From assembly GCA_038844785.1 (NCBI GenBank), contig JAWBRA010000016.1, positions 1 through 37,068 on the forward strand: a DNA stretch of 37,068 bases, given 5' to 3'. A program made the position numbers and the translations under genes. Below are positions 9,446-18,629 of this stretch, one piece after another. Under the pieces are notes generated by a model. It searched no databases, had not been told where the DNA came from, and saw only the letters and a program-made list of their open reading frames with translations. Each line of letters starts with the position of its first letter. Position 1 is the stretch's first letter. Origin of the DNA: Candidatus Caldarchaeum sp. (GTDB lineage Archaea; Thermoproteota; Nitrososphaeria_A; Caldarchaeales; Caldarchaeaceae).

Positions 9446-11056
9446 GTGGAGAAAATGGGTAAGTGGCGGACACTGGTGCACAACGGCGTAGCACTACCTC
9501 CTCCATACCAGCCGAAGGGTTTGTCGATAACCATCAGGGGTGAAAAGATTCAGCTCGAGCCTATCCAAGAGGAGATGGCTTATGCATGGGCTTTGAAAAA
9601 AGACACGCCATACGTCAAAGACCCCGTCTTCTGCAAAAACTTTCTGTCAGATTTCCTGAAGACCTTCAACGGAAGGTTCCAGGACGCCTCCATCGACGAA
9701 ATCGACTTCACAGAGGTTTATGACTACGTGGAAAGAGAGAGAAGGCTCAAGGCTGACCCGGAGTATCGGAAGAAGCTTTCGGCTGAGAGGAAGAAGCTGC
9801 GGGAAGAGCTAAAGGCTAGGTATGGATGGGCTGAGATGGATGGGAAAAGATACGAGGTCGCCAACTGGATGGTTGAGCCACCAGGCATATTCATGGGCCG
9901 TGGAGCGCATCCTTTGAGAGGAAGGTGGAAACCTCGGGTGTATGAGTCGGACATCACTCTCAACCTTGGCGAAGACGCGCCGATACCGCCGGGAAACTGG
10001 GGTCAAATAGTTCATGACCATGACTCGATGTGGCTGGCGCGTTGGAACGACAAGCTAACTGGAAAAGAGAAATATGTATGGCTGAGCGACACAGCCGACA
10101 TCAAGCAGAAGCGGGACAGGATGAAGTATGACAAAGCCCTGCTGCTTGAAAAACACGTAGACGTCGTACGGAGTAAAATCATGGAGGGGTTGAGCTCGCA
10201 GGACCCAAAGATGAGGGAGATAGCCCTAGCATGCTATTTGATTGACAGGCTTGCGATGAGGGTTGGTGACGAGAAGGACCCCGACGAGGCCGACACAGTC
10301 GGAGCTACAACCCTGAGGGTTGAGCATGTAACGCTTTCCAGGAAGAAGGTGGAGTTCGATTTTCTCGGGAAAGACAGCGTGCGGTGGCAGAAGCAGATAG
10401 ACTTGACGCGTGAGCCGCCTCAGGTCTATGTTGTTTTCAAAGAGCTGATAGAGGGTAAGAAGGAAGGAGATCAAGTCTTCCAGAACATCAACAGCCGGCA
10501 CGTCAACCGCTTCCTCGGGAAAATTGTGAAAGGGCTGACGGCGAAAGTCTTCAGAACATACATAGCCACGAAGGTTGTGAAAGACTTTCTCGCAAAAATT
10601 CCGCGGGAGGAGGTGACGTCTCTGGAGAAGGCATTATACTACGCCAAGCTGGCAAACCTCAAAGCCGCGGAAGCCTTAAACCATAAACGCGCACCGCCTA
10701 AAAACTGGGAGGCTTCGCTGCAGAAAAAGGAGGAGAGGGTCAGGAAGCTGATGGAGCAGGTTAGGAACGCAGCCTCTGAGAAGAAACGGGCTAAAGCAGA
10801 GGCCAGCCTTGAGAAAGCCATGCTAAACCTAGACTTAGCGTTGAAGGTTAGGGACTACAACCTCTCCACCTCTCTCCGCAACTACATCGACCCCCGCGTC
10901 TTCAAGGCTTGGGGAAAGGTTGTTGGGTTCGACTGGCGGAAGATTTACACGGCGAGCCTTCTGAGGAAGTTTAAGTGGGTTGAGAAGGCGGAGGTTAAAA
11001 AGTTCTCAGCCGGCTTTGCCATGCTTAAGCCCGTGGTTGCTGTAGGCAAAAGCTGA
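9446..11056 (+). CDS. topIB: DNA topoisomerase IB (eukaryote-like)
   Basis: KWRTLVHNGV, EPPGIFMGRGAHP.RG, RVGDEKD..EADTVG, FLGKDS, AKVFRTY, LNHKR and TSLRNYIDPR (catalytic Tyr); start may be ATG 9455. Confidence 0.96.
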   Translation: MEKMGKWRTLVHNGVALPPPYQPKGLSITIRGEKIQLEPIQEEMAYAWALKKDTPYVKDPVFCKNFLSDFLKTFNGRFQDASIDEIDFTEVYDYVERERRLKADPEYRKKLSAERKKLREELKARYGWAEMDGKRYEVANWMVEPPGIFMGRGAHPLRGRWKPRVYESDITLNLGEDAPIPPGNWGQIVHDHDSMWLARWNDKLTGKEKYVWLSDTADIKQKRDRMKYDKALLLEKHVDVVRSKIMEGLSSQDPKMREIALACYLIDRLAMRVGDEKDPDEADTVGATTLRVEHVTLSRKKVEFDFLGKDSVRWQKQIDLTREPPQVYVVFKELIEGKKEGDQVFQNINSRHVNRFLGKIVKGLTAKVFRTYIATKVVKDFLAKIPREEVTSLEKALYYAKLANLKAAEALNHKRAPPKNWEASLQKKEERVRKLMEQVRNAASEKKRAKAEASLEKAMLNLDLALKVRDYNLSTSLRNYIDPRVFKAWGKVVGFDWRKIYTASLLRKFKWVEKAEVKKFSAGFAMLKPVVAVGKS

Positions 11057-11111
11057 CAGATGTATACTGAATATTGCTGCGGTTTAGTTTAAATGAAGTA
11101 AGTACAGAAAA

Positions 11112-11133
11112 TATATTAGACTATCCGAATATA
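11112..11133. promoter_or_regulatory. Putative ArsR-family operator of the sulfur operon
   Basis: TATATT-N10-AATATA inverted repeat 17 nt before the dsrE ATG, downstream of a TTTAAA box. Confidence 0.45.
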
Positions 11134-11150
11134 CTAATAGACGAGCAAAC

Positions 11151-11651
11151 ATGACCCAGGCACAAACCCTTCAACAGGCAGGAACAACAGGGCAAACAAG
11201 CAAACTCTGCATAATCCTCTCTAAAGGCACGTTGGACATGGCCTATCCGGCTTTGATGCTCTCCAACGCGGCGGCGGTCATGGGCTATGAGGTGCACTTG
11301 TTCTTCACCTTCTGGGGAATGGATGTGATAAACAAACGTAAGATAGACAGGCTGAAGGTGGCGTCCGTCGGCAACCCCGGCCTCCCCTTGCCGAACATCC
11401 TAGGCATGCTGCCAGGCATGACAGGCCTCGTCACCAAGATGCTGAAAAGCAAGATGACGAAGCAGAAGGTTCCCAGCATAAGGGAGCTGATCAAAACAGC
11501 GAAAGAAAACGGTGTCAAGCTTCACGCCTGCTCAACAACGATGGATGTGATGGGCCTGAGGAAGGAGGACTTCATACCTGAGGTCGACGACGTGGTGGGT
11601 GCTGCAACATTCATACAGCTGAGTGAAGGCGGCCAAGTAATCTTCATATGA
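11151..11651 (+). CDS. DsrE2/DsrE-DrsH-like sulfur relay protein
   Basis: GTLDMAYP, LFFTFWG, ACSTTMDVMG and VGAATF motifs. Confidence 0.88.
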   Translation: MTQAQTLQQAGTTGQTSKLCIILSKGTLDMAYPALMLSNAAAVMGYEVHLFFTFWGMDVINKRKIDRLKVASVGNPGLPLPNILGMLPGMTGLVTKMLKSKMTKQKVPSIRELIKTAKENGVKLHACSTTMDVMGLRKEDFIPEVDDVVGAATFIQLSEGGQVIFI

Positions 11652-11661
11652 GGTGGTTTAG

Positions 11662-11907
11662 ATGGCGCAGGCTGGCAGACGGATTATCGATTCTCGGGGA
11701 AGCTTCTGCCCCGGGCCGTTGACAGACCTGTTCAAAGCGTACCGTGAGGCGAAGAACGGGGACATCCTCGAGCTGTGGGCCACCGACCCGGCTGCTAAAT
11801 CCGACGTACAGGCTTGGGCGAGGAAGACGGGCAACGTCGTCGAGGAGATTGTTGAGGAACAGGGATACACACGCATAGTGGTGAGGGTGACGGCCAAGAG
11901 TGGTTGA
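11662..11907 (+). CDS. tusA: Sulfurtransferase TusA family protein
   Basis: DSRGSFCPGP and ATDPAAKSDVQAW motifs; GAGGTG SD. Confidence 0.9.
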   Translation: MAQAGRRIIDSRGSFCPGPLTDLFKAYREAKNGDILELWATDPAAKSDVQAWARKTGNVVEEIVEEQGYTRIVVRVTAKSG

Positions 11908-13102
11908 GATGAAGAATGTTTTAGTGTTGGGAGGTGGGACGGGCGGCACACTTGCGGCAAACCTTCTGGCACGCAGGCTGGCGAGGGAGATAAGAGAAGA
12001 AAGAGCGTCGGTGATGTTGCTTAGCGACAGCACGGAACACGTCTTCCAGCCGGCTAACCTTGAAGTGGCTTTCCACGGAGCAGACCCGAGCAAATACGTC
12101 AGAAAACAGCAGAGCCTGCTAAGGGGTAACGTGAAGTTCCTCGCCGAAAAAGCTGAGAGAATAAGCCTGCAGGACAGAAAGGTTGTCACCGAAATGGGCA
12201 GAGAGATAGCTTACGAATACGTCGTGATAGCGACTGGAAGTGTTGCAGACCCTTCGCTGACGCCTGGGCTTGCGGAAGGCAGCTATAACTTTCACACAGG
12301 GCCTTGGAACGCTTCAAAGATATGGAATGCTCTGAACAGGTTTGAGAGAGGGAAGGTTGTGCTGGTTATTGCGGGAGTTCCGCACAAATGCCCTCCGGCA
12401 CCCACTGAGGCGATATTCCTGCTCGACGATTACTTTAGAAAACGCGGCATAAGAGAAAAAGTTGAGCTGACGTTCCTAACACCGTATCCACACGCGTATC
12501 CTGCGAAGCCCATCGCAGAGGTTGTCGAACCCCTTCTCGAAAAGAGAAACGTCAACGTGATGACTTTCTTCAACATAGACGGCGTTGACCCGGCTAAGAG
12601 AAGAGTTTACTCGATGGAGGGTGAGGAAGTTGGCTACGACCTTTTGATAGCTGTGCCTCCTCATAGGGGTTCCTCCGTAGCCATTGCTTCGGAGATAGGC
12701 GACAGAGAAGGGTGGATACCAGCCGACAAGTATACGATGCAGGTGAAGGATTACGACGACGCCTTCGCCGTAGGTGACGCAACAAACATCCCGATATCGA
12801 AGTCAGGCGTGGTAGCCCACCTGCAGGCGGGAATAGTTGCACACAACGTAGCCAGCATGGTTTTGGGCGTGGATGGCTTGAAGCGTTACAACGGCAGGAT
12901 TAACTGTCCCCTAGAGGTTGGCGGCGGCAAAGCCTTGTTCGTCTCCGGAACCTACACAAGGCCGCCTTCACCCATGCAGCCGACAAGAATAAGATACTGG
13001 ATGAAGAAAAGCTTCGCAAGTCTTTATTGGCAGATGCTTAAAGGCCGTTTGGAGCCGCTGTTCGCCCTTTACTTCAGGGAGGAGAACGGTGACGGCTCTT
13101 GA
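11900..13102 (+). CDS. sqr: Sulfide:quinone oxidoreductase (type III-like) flavoprotein
   Basis: GGGTGG FAD motif, KCPPAPTE, GDATNIPISKSG and YNGRINC; located in a sulfur-relay operon. Confidence 0.82.
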   Translation: MVEMKNVLVLGGGTGGTLAANLLARRLAREIREERASVMLLSDSTEHVFQPANLEVAFHGADPSKYVRKQQSLLRGNVKFLAEKAERISLQDRKVVTEMGREIAYEYVVIATGSVADPSLTPGLAEGSYNFHTGPWNASKIWNALNRFERGKVVLVIAGVPHKCPPAPTEAIFLLDDYFRKRGIREKVELTFLTPYPHAYPAKPIAEVVEPLLEKRNVNVMTFFNIDGVDPAKRRVYSMEGEEVGYDLLIAVPPHRGSSVAIASEIGDREGWIPADKYTMQVKDYDDAFAVGDATNIPISKSGVVAHLQAGIVAHNVASMVLGVDGLKRYNGRINCPLEVGGGKALFVSGTYTRPPSPMQPTRIRYWMKKSFASLYWQMLKGRLEPLFALYFREENGDGS

Positions 13103-13419
13103 ACATCGCCGAAACCCAGCTGAAAGAAGAGTTTTACGAGAGGCTGGCGGAATTCTGCAAGGGTCAGGCACATCCCAAACGCCTGCGCATCCTACATCTT
13201 CTGATGGCGGGTGAGAAATCCGTTGGAGACATAGTGGCGGCGACAAAGCTGAGCCAGTCAACGGTTTCGCAGCACCTCTCCTTCATGAGAAGGTCGGGAG
13301 TCGTCAAGGCGAGGCGGGAGGGAAACGTCGTTTACTACAGCTTGGCAGACCAGAGGATTGCCCAGGCCTGCAGCATCCTATCCCAAGTAGTCTTGGAAAA
13401 AATGGCTGCTAAACCTTAG
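13099..13419 (+). CDS. ArsR/SmtB family transcriptional regulator
   Basis: HPKRLRIL, SQSTVSQHL and RREGNVVYYSL motifs; two Cys. Confidence 0.9.
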   Translation: MNIAETQLKEEFYERLAEFCKGQAHPKRLRILHLLMAGEKSVGDIVAATKLSQSTVSQHLSFMRRSGVVKARREGNVVYYSLADQRIAQACSILSQVVLEKMAAKP

Positions 13420-13805
13420 TCTGATGAAGCTTCTGCCGAATAAAGTTCCTCCAGAACATCCCTCGCTGAGACAACCCCTACAAGCTTGTTGTCCTTGTCA
13501 ACTACCACTATGTGTCTGATTCTATGTTTTCCCATGGCTTGAGCGGCTTCTTCAACGGTCTGGTCGGCGTTCAGCTTTATGATGTCTCTTTTACAGAAGC
13601 TCCCCACCCTTTTTTCGAGGTTTTTCTCCTCGGCAAGGGATTTGATAACATCCCTTTCTGAGAGAACTCCAGCTATTTCGCTTCCCTCGGTAACGACGAG
13701 GAAGCCGATGTTCTCCTCGGCCATTATACGTATGACATCGTGTATGGTGGCGTCGCTTCTGATGGTTATAGGGCTTCTTTTAATGAGCTGAGAAAGCTTC
13801 ACCAT
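13416..13805 (-). CDS. CBS-domain pair protein
   Basis: Tandem CBS motifs: GVLSERDV and IRHIVVVD..LVGVVSARD. Confidence 0.9.
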   Translation of the reverse strand: MVKLSQLIKRSPITIRSDATIHDVIRIMAEENIGFLVVTEGSEIAGVLSERDVIKSLAEEKNLEKRVGSFCKRDIIKLNADQTVEEAAQAMGKHRIRHIVVVDKDNKLVGVVSARDVLEELYSAEASSD

Positions 13806-13890
13806 GCATTATTACTTGGGTTTAAGGTATTTAACCATTCATGTCTGCGACGTTAACGCCTTATAGCAAGCCGTTGCAGATGAAGCTGGG

Positions 13891-15288
13891 TTGAACAGCG
13901 TAGGACTGATAGGGCTGGGTGTGATGGGTGAGAACTTGGCGAGGAACATCGCTTCAAAAGGCTTTCCTGTCGTGGTTTACAACAGGACGGCTGAAAAGAC
14001 CGACAGGCTTGTTTCATCGGTTAAGGGGATGCTTGACATCAGGCCGTCGTACAGCCTCAGCGAGCTTGCAGCCATGCTTGAACGACCGCGTCAAGTCATA
14101 ATCATGGTTGAGGCTGGAAAACCAGTCGACATGGTTTTAGAACAGCTAACCCCGTATCTGAGCCGTGGCGACATACTGTTTGACTGCGGCAACTCACATT
14201 ACAGGGACACGGAACGGAGGCAGTCCATGATGGATGCTTACGGAGTAGTCTTTATGGGGGTTGGGGTCAGCGGCGGGGGGGAGGGTGCTTTGAAAGGCCC
14301 TTCCGTCATGGCCGGAGGACTCAAACAAGGTTTTGAAAACTCAAGACATCTTTGGGAGAGCATAGCGGCGAAAGCCGACGGCGAGCCCTGCGCAGGATAC
14401 ATGGGAGGCGGCGGTGCCGGCCACTTCGTCAAAATGGTTCACAACGGGATCGAGTACGCCATACTCCAGCTCATCGCCGAAACATATGACATCATGAAAA
14501 CAGGTCTTGGGATGACGGCTGATGAAATAAGCGTTGTTTTCAGGGAGTGGGGGAGGGCTGAGCTTTCATCTTTTCTCATCGAGATAGCCGCCGACGTCCT
14601 GGCTTTCAAAGACCCTGAGACTGGCGTGCCTTTGGTCGAGCTTGTCTTAGACAAGGCGGGGCAGAAGGGAACCGGCAGATGGTGTGTCCAGACCGCTGCT
14701 GAGCTCGGGGTTCCGACACCGTCGATAGACGCCGCCGTCTCAGCCCGCAACATCTCCGCGTTAAAAAATCTGCGGATGCAGCTCTATGACGTTTACGGCG
14801 AGCCGTCGAAACGCAGGATCAGCAACGATGTAGTGGAGAAGCTGCGTAAAGCCTACTGGTGCAGCATGGTTATGAGCTTCGTCCAAGGCTTAACCATCAT
14901 CCAATCAGCTTCTAAGGCCTACGGCTACGGGACAGGCCTCGACGAGGTCCTCAGGGTTTGGAGAAACGGATGCATAATACGTGCGGCGGTTCTAAAGGAT
15001 TTGCGTGAGGCGCTGAAGGCTGTCGGCGACGCCCAGCATCTGCTCAAGTCGGACCAGCTGGTTAGGGAGGTTGTGTCGAGGGTCGATGGCTGGCGAGACG
15101 TTATCATTTATGCGAAGCAGGCGGGCATACCGACGCCCGTCCTCGACTCCTCCTACAACTATTTCATCTCCATGACGAGGAAGAGTCTTCCAGCGAACAT
15201 CATACAAGCTCTCCGCGACAGGTTTGGAAGCCATACATACGAAAGAGTGGACAAGCCTGGAATATATCACTCCAGCTGGAGGCCTTGA
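13891..15288 (+). CDS. gnd: 6-phosphogluconate dehydrogenase, NADP-dependent, decarboxylating (long form)
   Basis: GLGVMG, YNRT, GHFVKMVHNGIEY, QKGTG, GCIIR and RDRFGSHTYERVD motifs. Confidence 0.94.
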   Translation: MNSVGLIGLGVMGENLARNIASKGFPVVVYNRTAEKTDRLVSSVKGMLDIRPSYSLSELAAMLERPRQVIIMVEAGKPVDMVLEQLTPYLSRGDILFDCGNSHYRDTERRQSMMDAYGVVFMGVGVSGGGEGALKGPSVMAGGLKQGFENSRHLWESIAAKADGEPCAGYMGGGGAGHFVKMVHNGIEYAILQLIAETYDIMKTGLGMTADEISVVFREWGRAELSSFLIEIAADVLAFKDPETGVPLVELVLDKAGQKGTGRWCVQTAAELGVPTPSIDAAVSARNISALKNLRMQLYDVYGEPSKRRISNDVVEKLRKAYWCSMVMSFVQGLTIIQSASKAYGYGTGLDEVLRVWRNGCIIRAAVLKDLREALKAVGDAQHLLKSDQLVREVVSRVDGWRDVIIYAKQAGIPTPVLDSSYNYFISMTRKSLPANIIQALRDRFGSHTYERVDKPGIYHSSWRP

Positions 15289-15337
15289 ACAAACAACCCT
15301 ATATCTAGGTCTGAACATTCATCGTCAGTGGTAACGG

Positions 15338-16876
15338 TTGGAGACAACGTTCAAAGCCATCTCCCCCAGCGAGTTCTTCTACAAAAACAGAGACATAGCT
15401 GGCTTCAGCAGCCCGGCCAGAAGCCTTTACATGAGCATCCGAGAGCTTGTTGAAAACTCGCTGGACGCCGCGGAGATGGGGCGAATACTGCCCGAGGTTT
15501 ACGTCGAGCTTTCGGAGGAAGATGTCGAGAGAGATGTTTACAGGCTTAAAGTGGTCGACAACGGCATAGGCGTTCCCGGCGACAAAATCCCCTCAGCCTT
15601 CGCGACAGTACTCTATGGCAGCAAGTACGGGTTCAAACAGTCGAGGGGGACGTTTGGGCTCGGCGGCACGATGGCACTCCTCTACGGGCAGATAACAACC
15701 AACAAGCCTGCCAAAGTTGCTTCGAGCACAGACGGCAAAAACCTCTACGTCTACGAGCTGATGATCGACGTCGTGGAGAACAAGCCGCGTGTAATATCTT
15801 CCGAGAGGAGGCAAAGCCCGGACGGCTGGAGGGGGACGATGGTTGAGTTCAGCCTCGAGGCCGATTACTCGGGGAGCAGGGCCAAGATACTCGACTACTT
15901 CAAGCACACGGCTGTAGTCAACCCTCATGCAACGCTGACGTTCGTCGACAGTAAAGGAAGGCTCTACCACTATCCACGGTCTGTTGAGAAGGTTCCGGAG
16001 CCTCCTACAGAAACCCTGCCTCATCCAGTAGGTGTAGATGTCGAGATGATGACGCGTCTCCTCTCAGAAACCTCGGCGAGATCTCTGCTGTCGTTTTTAA
16101 CCAGCTCTTTCCAGAAGATAGGAAGTAAAACAGCGCGTGAAGTTCTCGAGCTCGCCGGCCTCAAACCCGATGATTCTCCTAGAAAGCTCAGCCACGACCA
16201 GCTGACGGCGTTGGTCGACGCCTTCAAGAGATATGGAAAGTTTAGGCCGCCGGACCCGACGCCGTTAAGCCCTGTGGGGAAAGAGTTTCTCGAAGCAGGG
16301 ATAAGGAAGATCTTCAACCCTGACTTTCTCCACGTCGTCCAGCGTGAGCCTTCTTCATACAGCGGCCATCCGTTCATCGTTGAGGCCGCAGTCGCCTACG
16401 GGGGAAACGTGCCCATAGCCGAAAAATTCTCTCTGTACCGTTTCGCCAACAAAATACCGCTCCTCTACGACGAGAGAGCCGACGTAGCTTGGAAGGTTGC
16501 CGAAGAGAAGATTGACTGGGCTAACTACAAAGTTCCAAAACCAGCGCCCCTAGCTGTTATCACAAGCATCTGCTCGACGAAAATCCCTTACAAAACAGTA
16601 GGCAAAGAAGCAATCGCCGACAGGCCTGAGATCGAGAGGGAGCTGACGATGGCTCTCCGCGAATGCGGCAGAAACCTCAGGCTTTATCTCTCGAGGATCG
16701 AGAAGAGGGAGGCGGCTGCAAAGAGGCTTACGCTTTACGCCAAGTACCTGCCGATGATATCTGAGTTCTCCGCCTCCGCGGCGGGTGTGAAAAAGCCTGA
16801 CGTGAAACCCCTTCTCAGAAAGCTGGGGATAAATGAGCGGGAGCTGAAGGCCTTGGAGCAAGAAGATAAAACATAA
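15338..16876 (+). CDS. top6B: DNA topoisomerase VI subunit B
   Basis: SPSEFFYKN, ELVENSLDA, DNGIG, QSRGTFGLG, H2TH domain, RFANKIPL and STKIPYKTVGKE. Confidence 0.96.
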   Translation: METTFKAISPSEFFYKNRDIAGFSSPARSLYMSIRELVENSLDAAEMGRILPEVYVELSEEDVERDVYRLKVVDNGIGVPGDKIPSAFATVLYGSKYGFKQSRGTFGLGGTMALLYGQITTNKPAKVASSTDGKNLYVYELMIDVVENKPRVISSERRQSPDGWRGTMVEFSLEADYSGSRAKILDYFKHTAVVNPHATLTFVDSKGRLYHYPRSVEKVPEPPTETLPHPVGVDVEMMTRLLSETSARSLLSFLTSSFQKIGSKTAREVLELAGLKPDDSPRKLSHDQLTALVDAFKRYGKFRPPDPTPLSPVGKEFLEAGIRKIFNPDFLHVVQREPSSYSGHPFIVEAAVAYGGNVPIAEKFSLYRFANKIPLLYDERADVAWKVAEEKIDWANYKVPKPAPLAVITSICSTKIPYKTVGKEAIADRPEIERELTMALRECGRNLRLYLSRIEKREAAAKRLTLYAKYLPMISEFSASAAGVKKPDVKPLLRKLGINERELKALEQEDKT

Positions 16877-16900
16877 TAATCCGCGCAGATTTCGAGAGAC

Positions 16901-17722
16901 ATGGCTGGCTCCAGAAGAAACATCCTCAGAACTATCTTCGGCGCTTCTCTGCTGGCGGCTGTAGCCCCATTTCTTTCGTGGGGCGGGTTTTTCTACAGGC
17001 CCGAGGCTAAGGGAGGAGGCATAAGACAACGCATAATCAACCTTAAGGACCTGCCGGTGAACTCTAGATACACGTTTCCGTTTCCCGCGACAGGCGACGC
17101 CATGGTTGACTCGGACCCTTTCAGACAGTACATCCTCGTCCATCTGCCGTCGGGCGACCTTAGGGCTTTCAGCAAAGTCTGCGTCCATCTCTGGTGTCTT
17201 TACGACTACATCCCTGAGAAGAGGGAGTTCCAATGTCCGTGCCACGGCAGCGTCTACAACGCTGACACAGGTGTTGCGATAAGAGGGCCAGCCGCTTTCC
17301 AGCCTTACCCAACCAACGCTCTACCAGAGCTGATTTTAGAGGTTGACGGGGATGGGACGGTTTACGCGACGGGTTTGAAGGGCAGGGTTGGATACGGGAG
17401 AGAGTACAAGGCTGAGATGGCGTGGCTGCAGCAGAGGCAGAGCAGCGCTCCCAACACCCCTGTAATAGCTTACGTTCCTTTCAAGAATCCGCTCACGCCG
17501 GACGAGACGCAGGCCATCCTGCAAAGCATCGACCTAAGGCTTGTCAAATGGTATGGATATCTCGACAAATCAGCGCGGGAGAGGGATTGGCTGACCGGTG
17601 AAGGCACGGCTGACATGCTCAACGCTTCAAGGATATACGCCGTGGACGTGTCGGCAACGCCTGAAAAACTGCTAAAGCTTTCGACGCTTCCTGAAATAAT
17701 AATTATCATGCCACGTTCCTGA
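16901..17722 (+). CDS. Tat-exported Rieske [2Fe-2S] protein with extra C-terminal domain
   Basis: SRRNILR twin-Arg signal plus TM; CVHLWC and CPCHGSVY Rieske boxes; GPA motif. Confidence 0.88.
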   Translation: MAGSRRNILRTIFGASLLAAVAPFLSWGGFFYRPEAKGGGIRQRIINLKDLPVNSRYTFPFPATGDAMVDSDPFRQYILVHLPSGDLRAFSKVCVHLWCLYDYIPEKREFQCPCHGSVYNADTGVAIRGPAAFQPYPTNALPELILEVDGDGTVYATGLKGRVGYGREYKAEMAWLQQRQSSAPNTPVIAYVPFKNPLTPDETQAILQSIDLRLVKWYGYLDKSARERDWLTGEGTADMLNASRIYAVDVSATPEKLLKLSTLPEIIIIMPRS

Positions 17723-17753
17723 ACACATCCCGTACTGCAGGCTGGCCTGCGGT

Positions 17754-18629
17754 TTAGCTTCTTCGTAGACCCCGGTCGGCCACCATTACCCCTACCGTCG
17801 TCAAGACGGCGGCGAACAAGGATACTGCAGCCATGTCCAGCAGAAGAGTGGACACGTCTGCAGCCTGTCCGTAGACCATAGATTGTCTGAGGGCGTCGAC
17901 GGCGTAGGTTATCGGGTTCAGAGAGGCAACGGCTTGAAGCCATGAGGGCATCATTTTAACGGGATACAGTGCGTTGCTTGCAAACATCAGCGGAAGGTTT
18001 AGAAGGTTCATCACAGCCATCTGCGACTCCCAGCTCTTCAGCCTAATCCCCAGCGATATGAAGAGAGAGGACAAGCCGAGCGAGAGAAGCATGAGGGTGG
18101 TTATGGCTGCGAGGGGTGCGAGGAGGTTTGGGATAGAGTAGTGAGCGCCGAGAGCTACTGCAAGAAACATAACCAAAACCGCTTGAACCACAGACCTTAT
18201 CACACCCGAGAGAACTTTTGCAAGTATTATGGAGCCTCTTTTTATTGGAGCCGCCAGCAGTTTGTTGAGGAAGCCAAGCCTTCTGTCCCACGCAACGGAC
18301 ATACCGCTCGACATCGAGGTGAACAAAACCACTATCGACAGCATGCCGACAGACATGTAGGAGAAGTAGTCCATGTCGGCTACGCCGAAAAGGCTCGCCA
18401 TAATCCTGTTGAAGACTTCGCCAACACGAGACGTAACGTCCGGCGGAAGCTGTGTAAGAACATCTTCCGAGATTTTGAAGACTCCTGTCAGGTTGAAAGC
18501 TTTGCCGAAAAGCCCCATCCAGATAACCGGCTGGACCATCGTCATAAACATCAGGAAAGGCGACCTAACCCATTTCCTAAGCTCTCGGCCGACCAGCGTC
18601 TGAATTTCTGTCAAAACCTCCAGCGTCAT
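17754..18629 (-). CDS. ABC-2 type exporter permease (DrrB-like)
   Basis: Six TM segments, WDRRLGFLNKLLAAP, PLMFASNALYP and NPITYAVDALR. Confidence 0.9.
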   Translation of the reverse strand: MTLEVLTEIQTLVGRELRKWVRSPFLMFMTMVQPVIWMGLFGKAFNLTGVFKISEDVLTQLPPDVTSRVGEVFNRIMASLFGVADMDYFSYMSVGMLSIVVLFTSMSSGMSVAWDRRLGFLNKLLAAPIKRGSIILAKVLSGVIRSVVQAVLVMFLAVALGAHYSIPNLLAPLAAITTLMLLSLGLSSLFISLGIRLKSWESQMAVMNLLNLPLMFASNALYPVKMMPSWLQAVASLNPITYAVDALRQSMVYGQAADVSTLLLDMAAVSLFAAVLTTVGVMVADRGLRRS

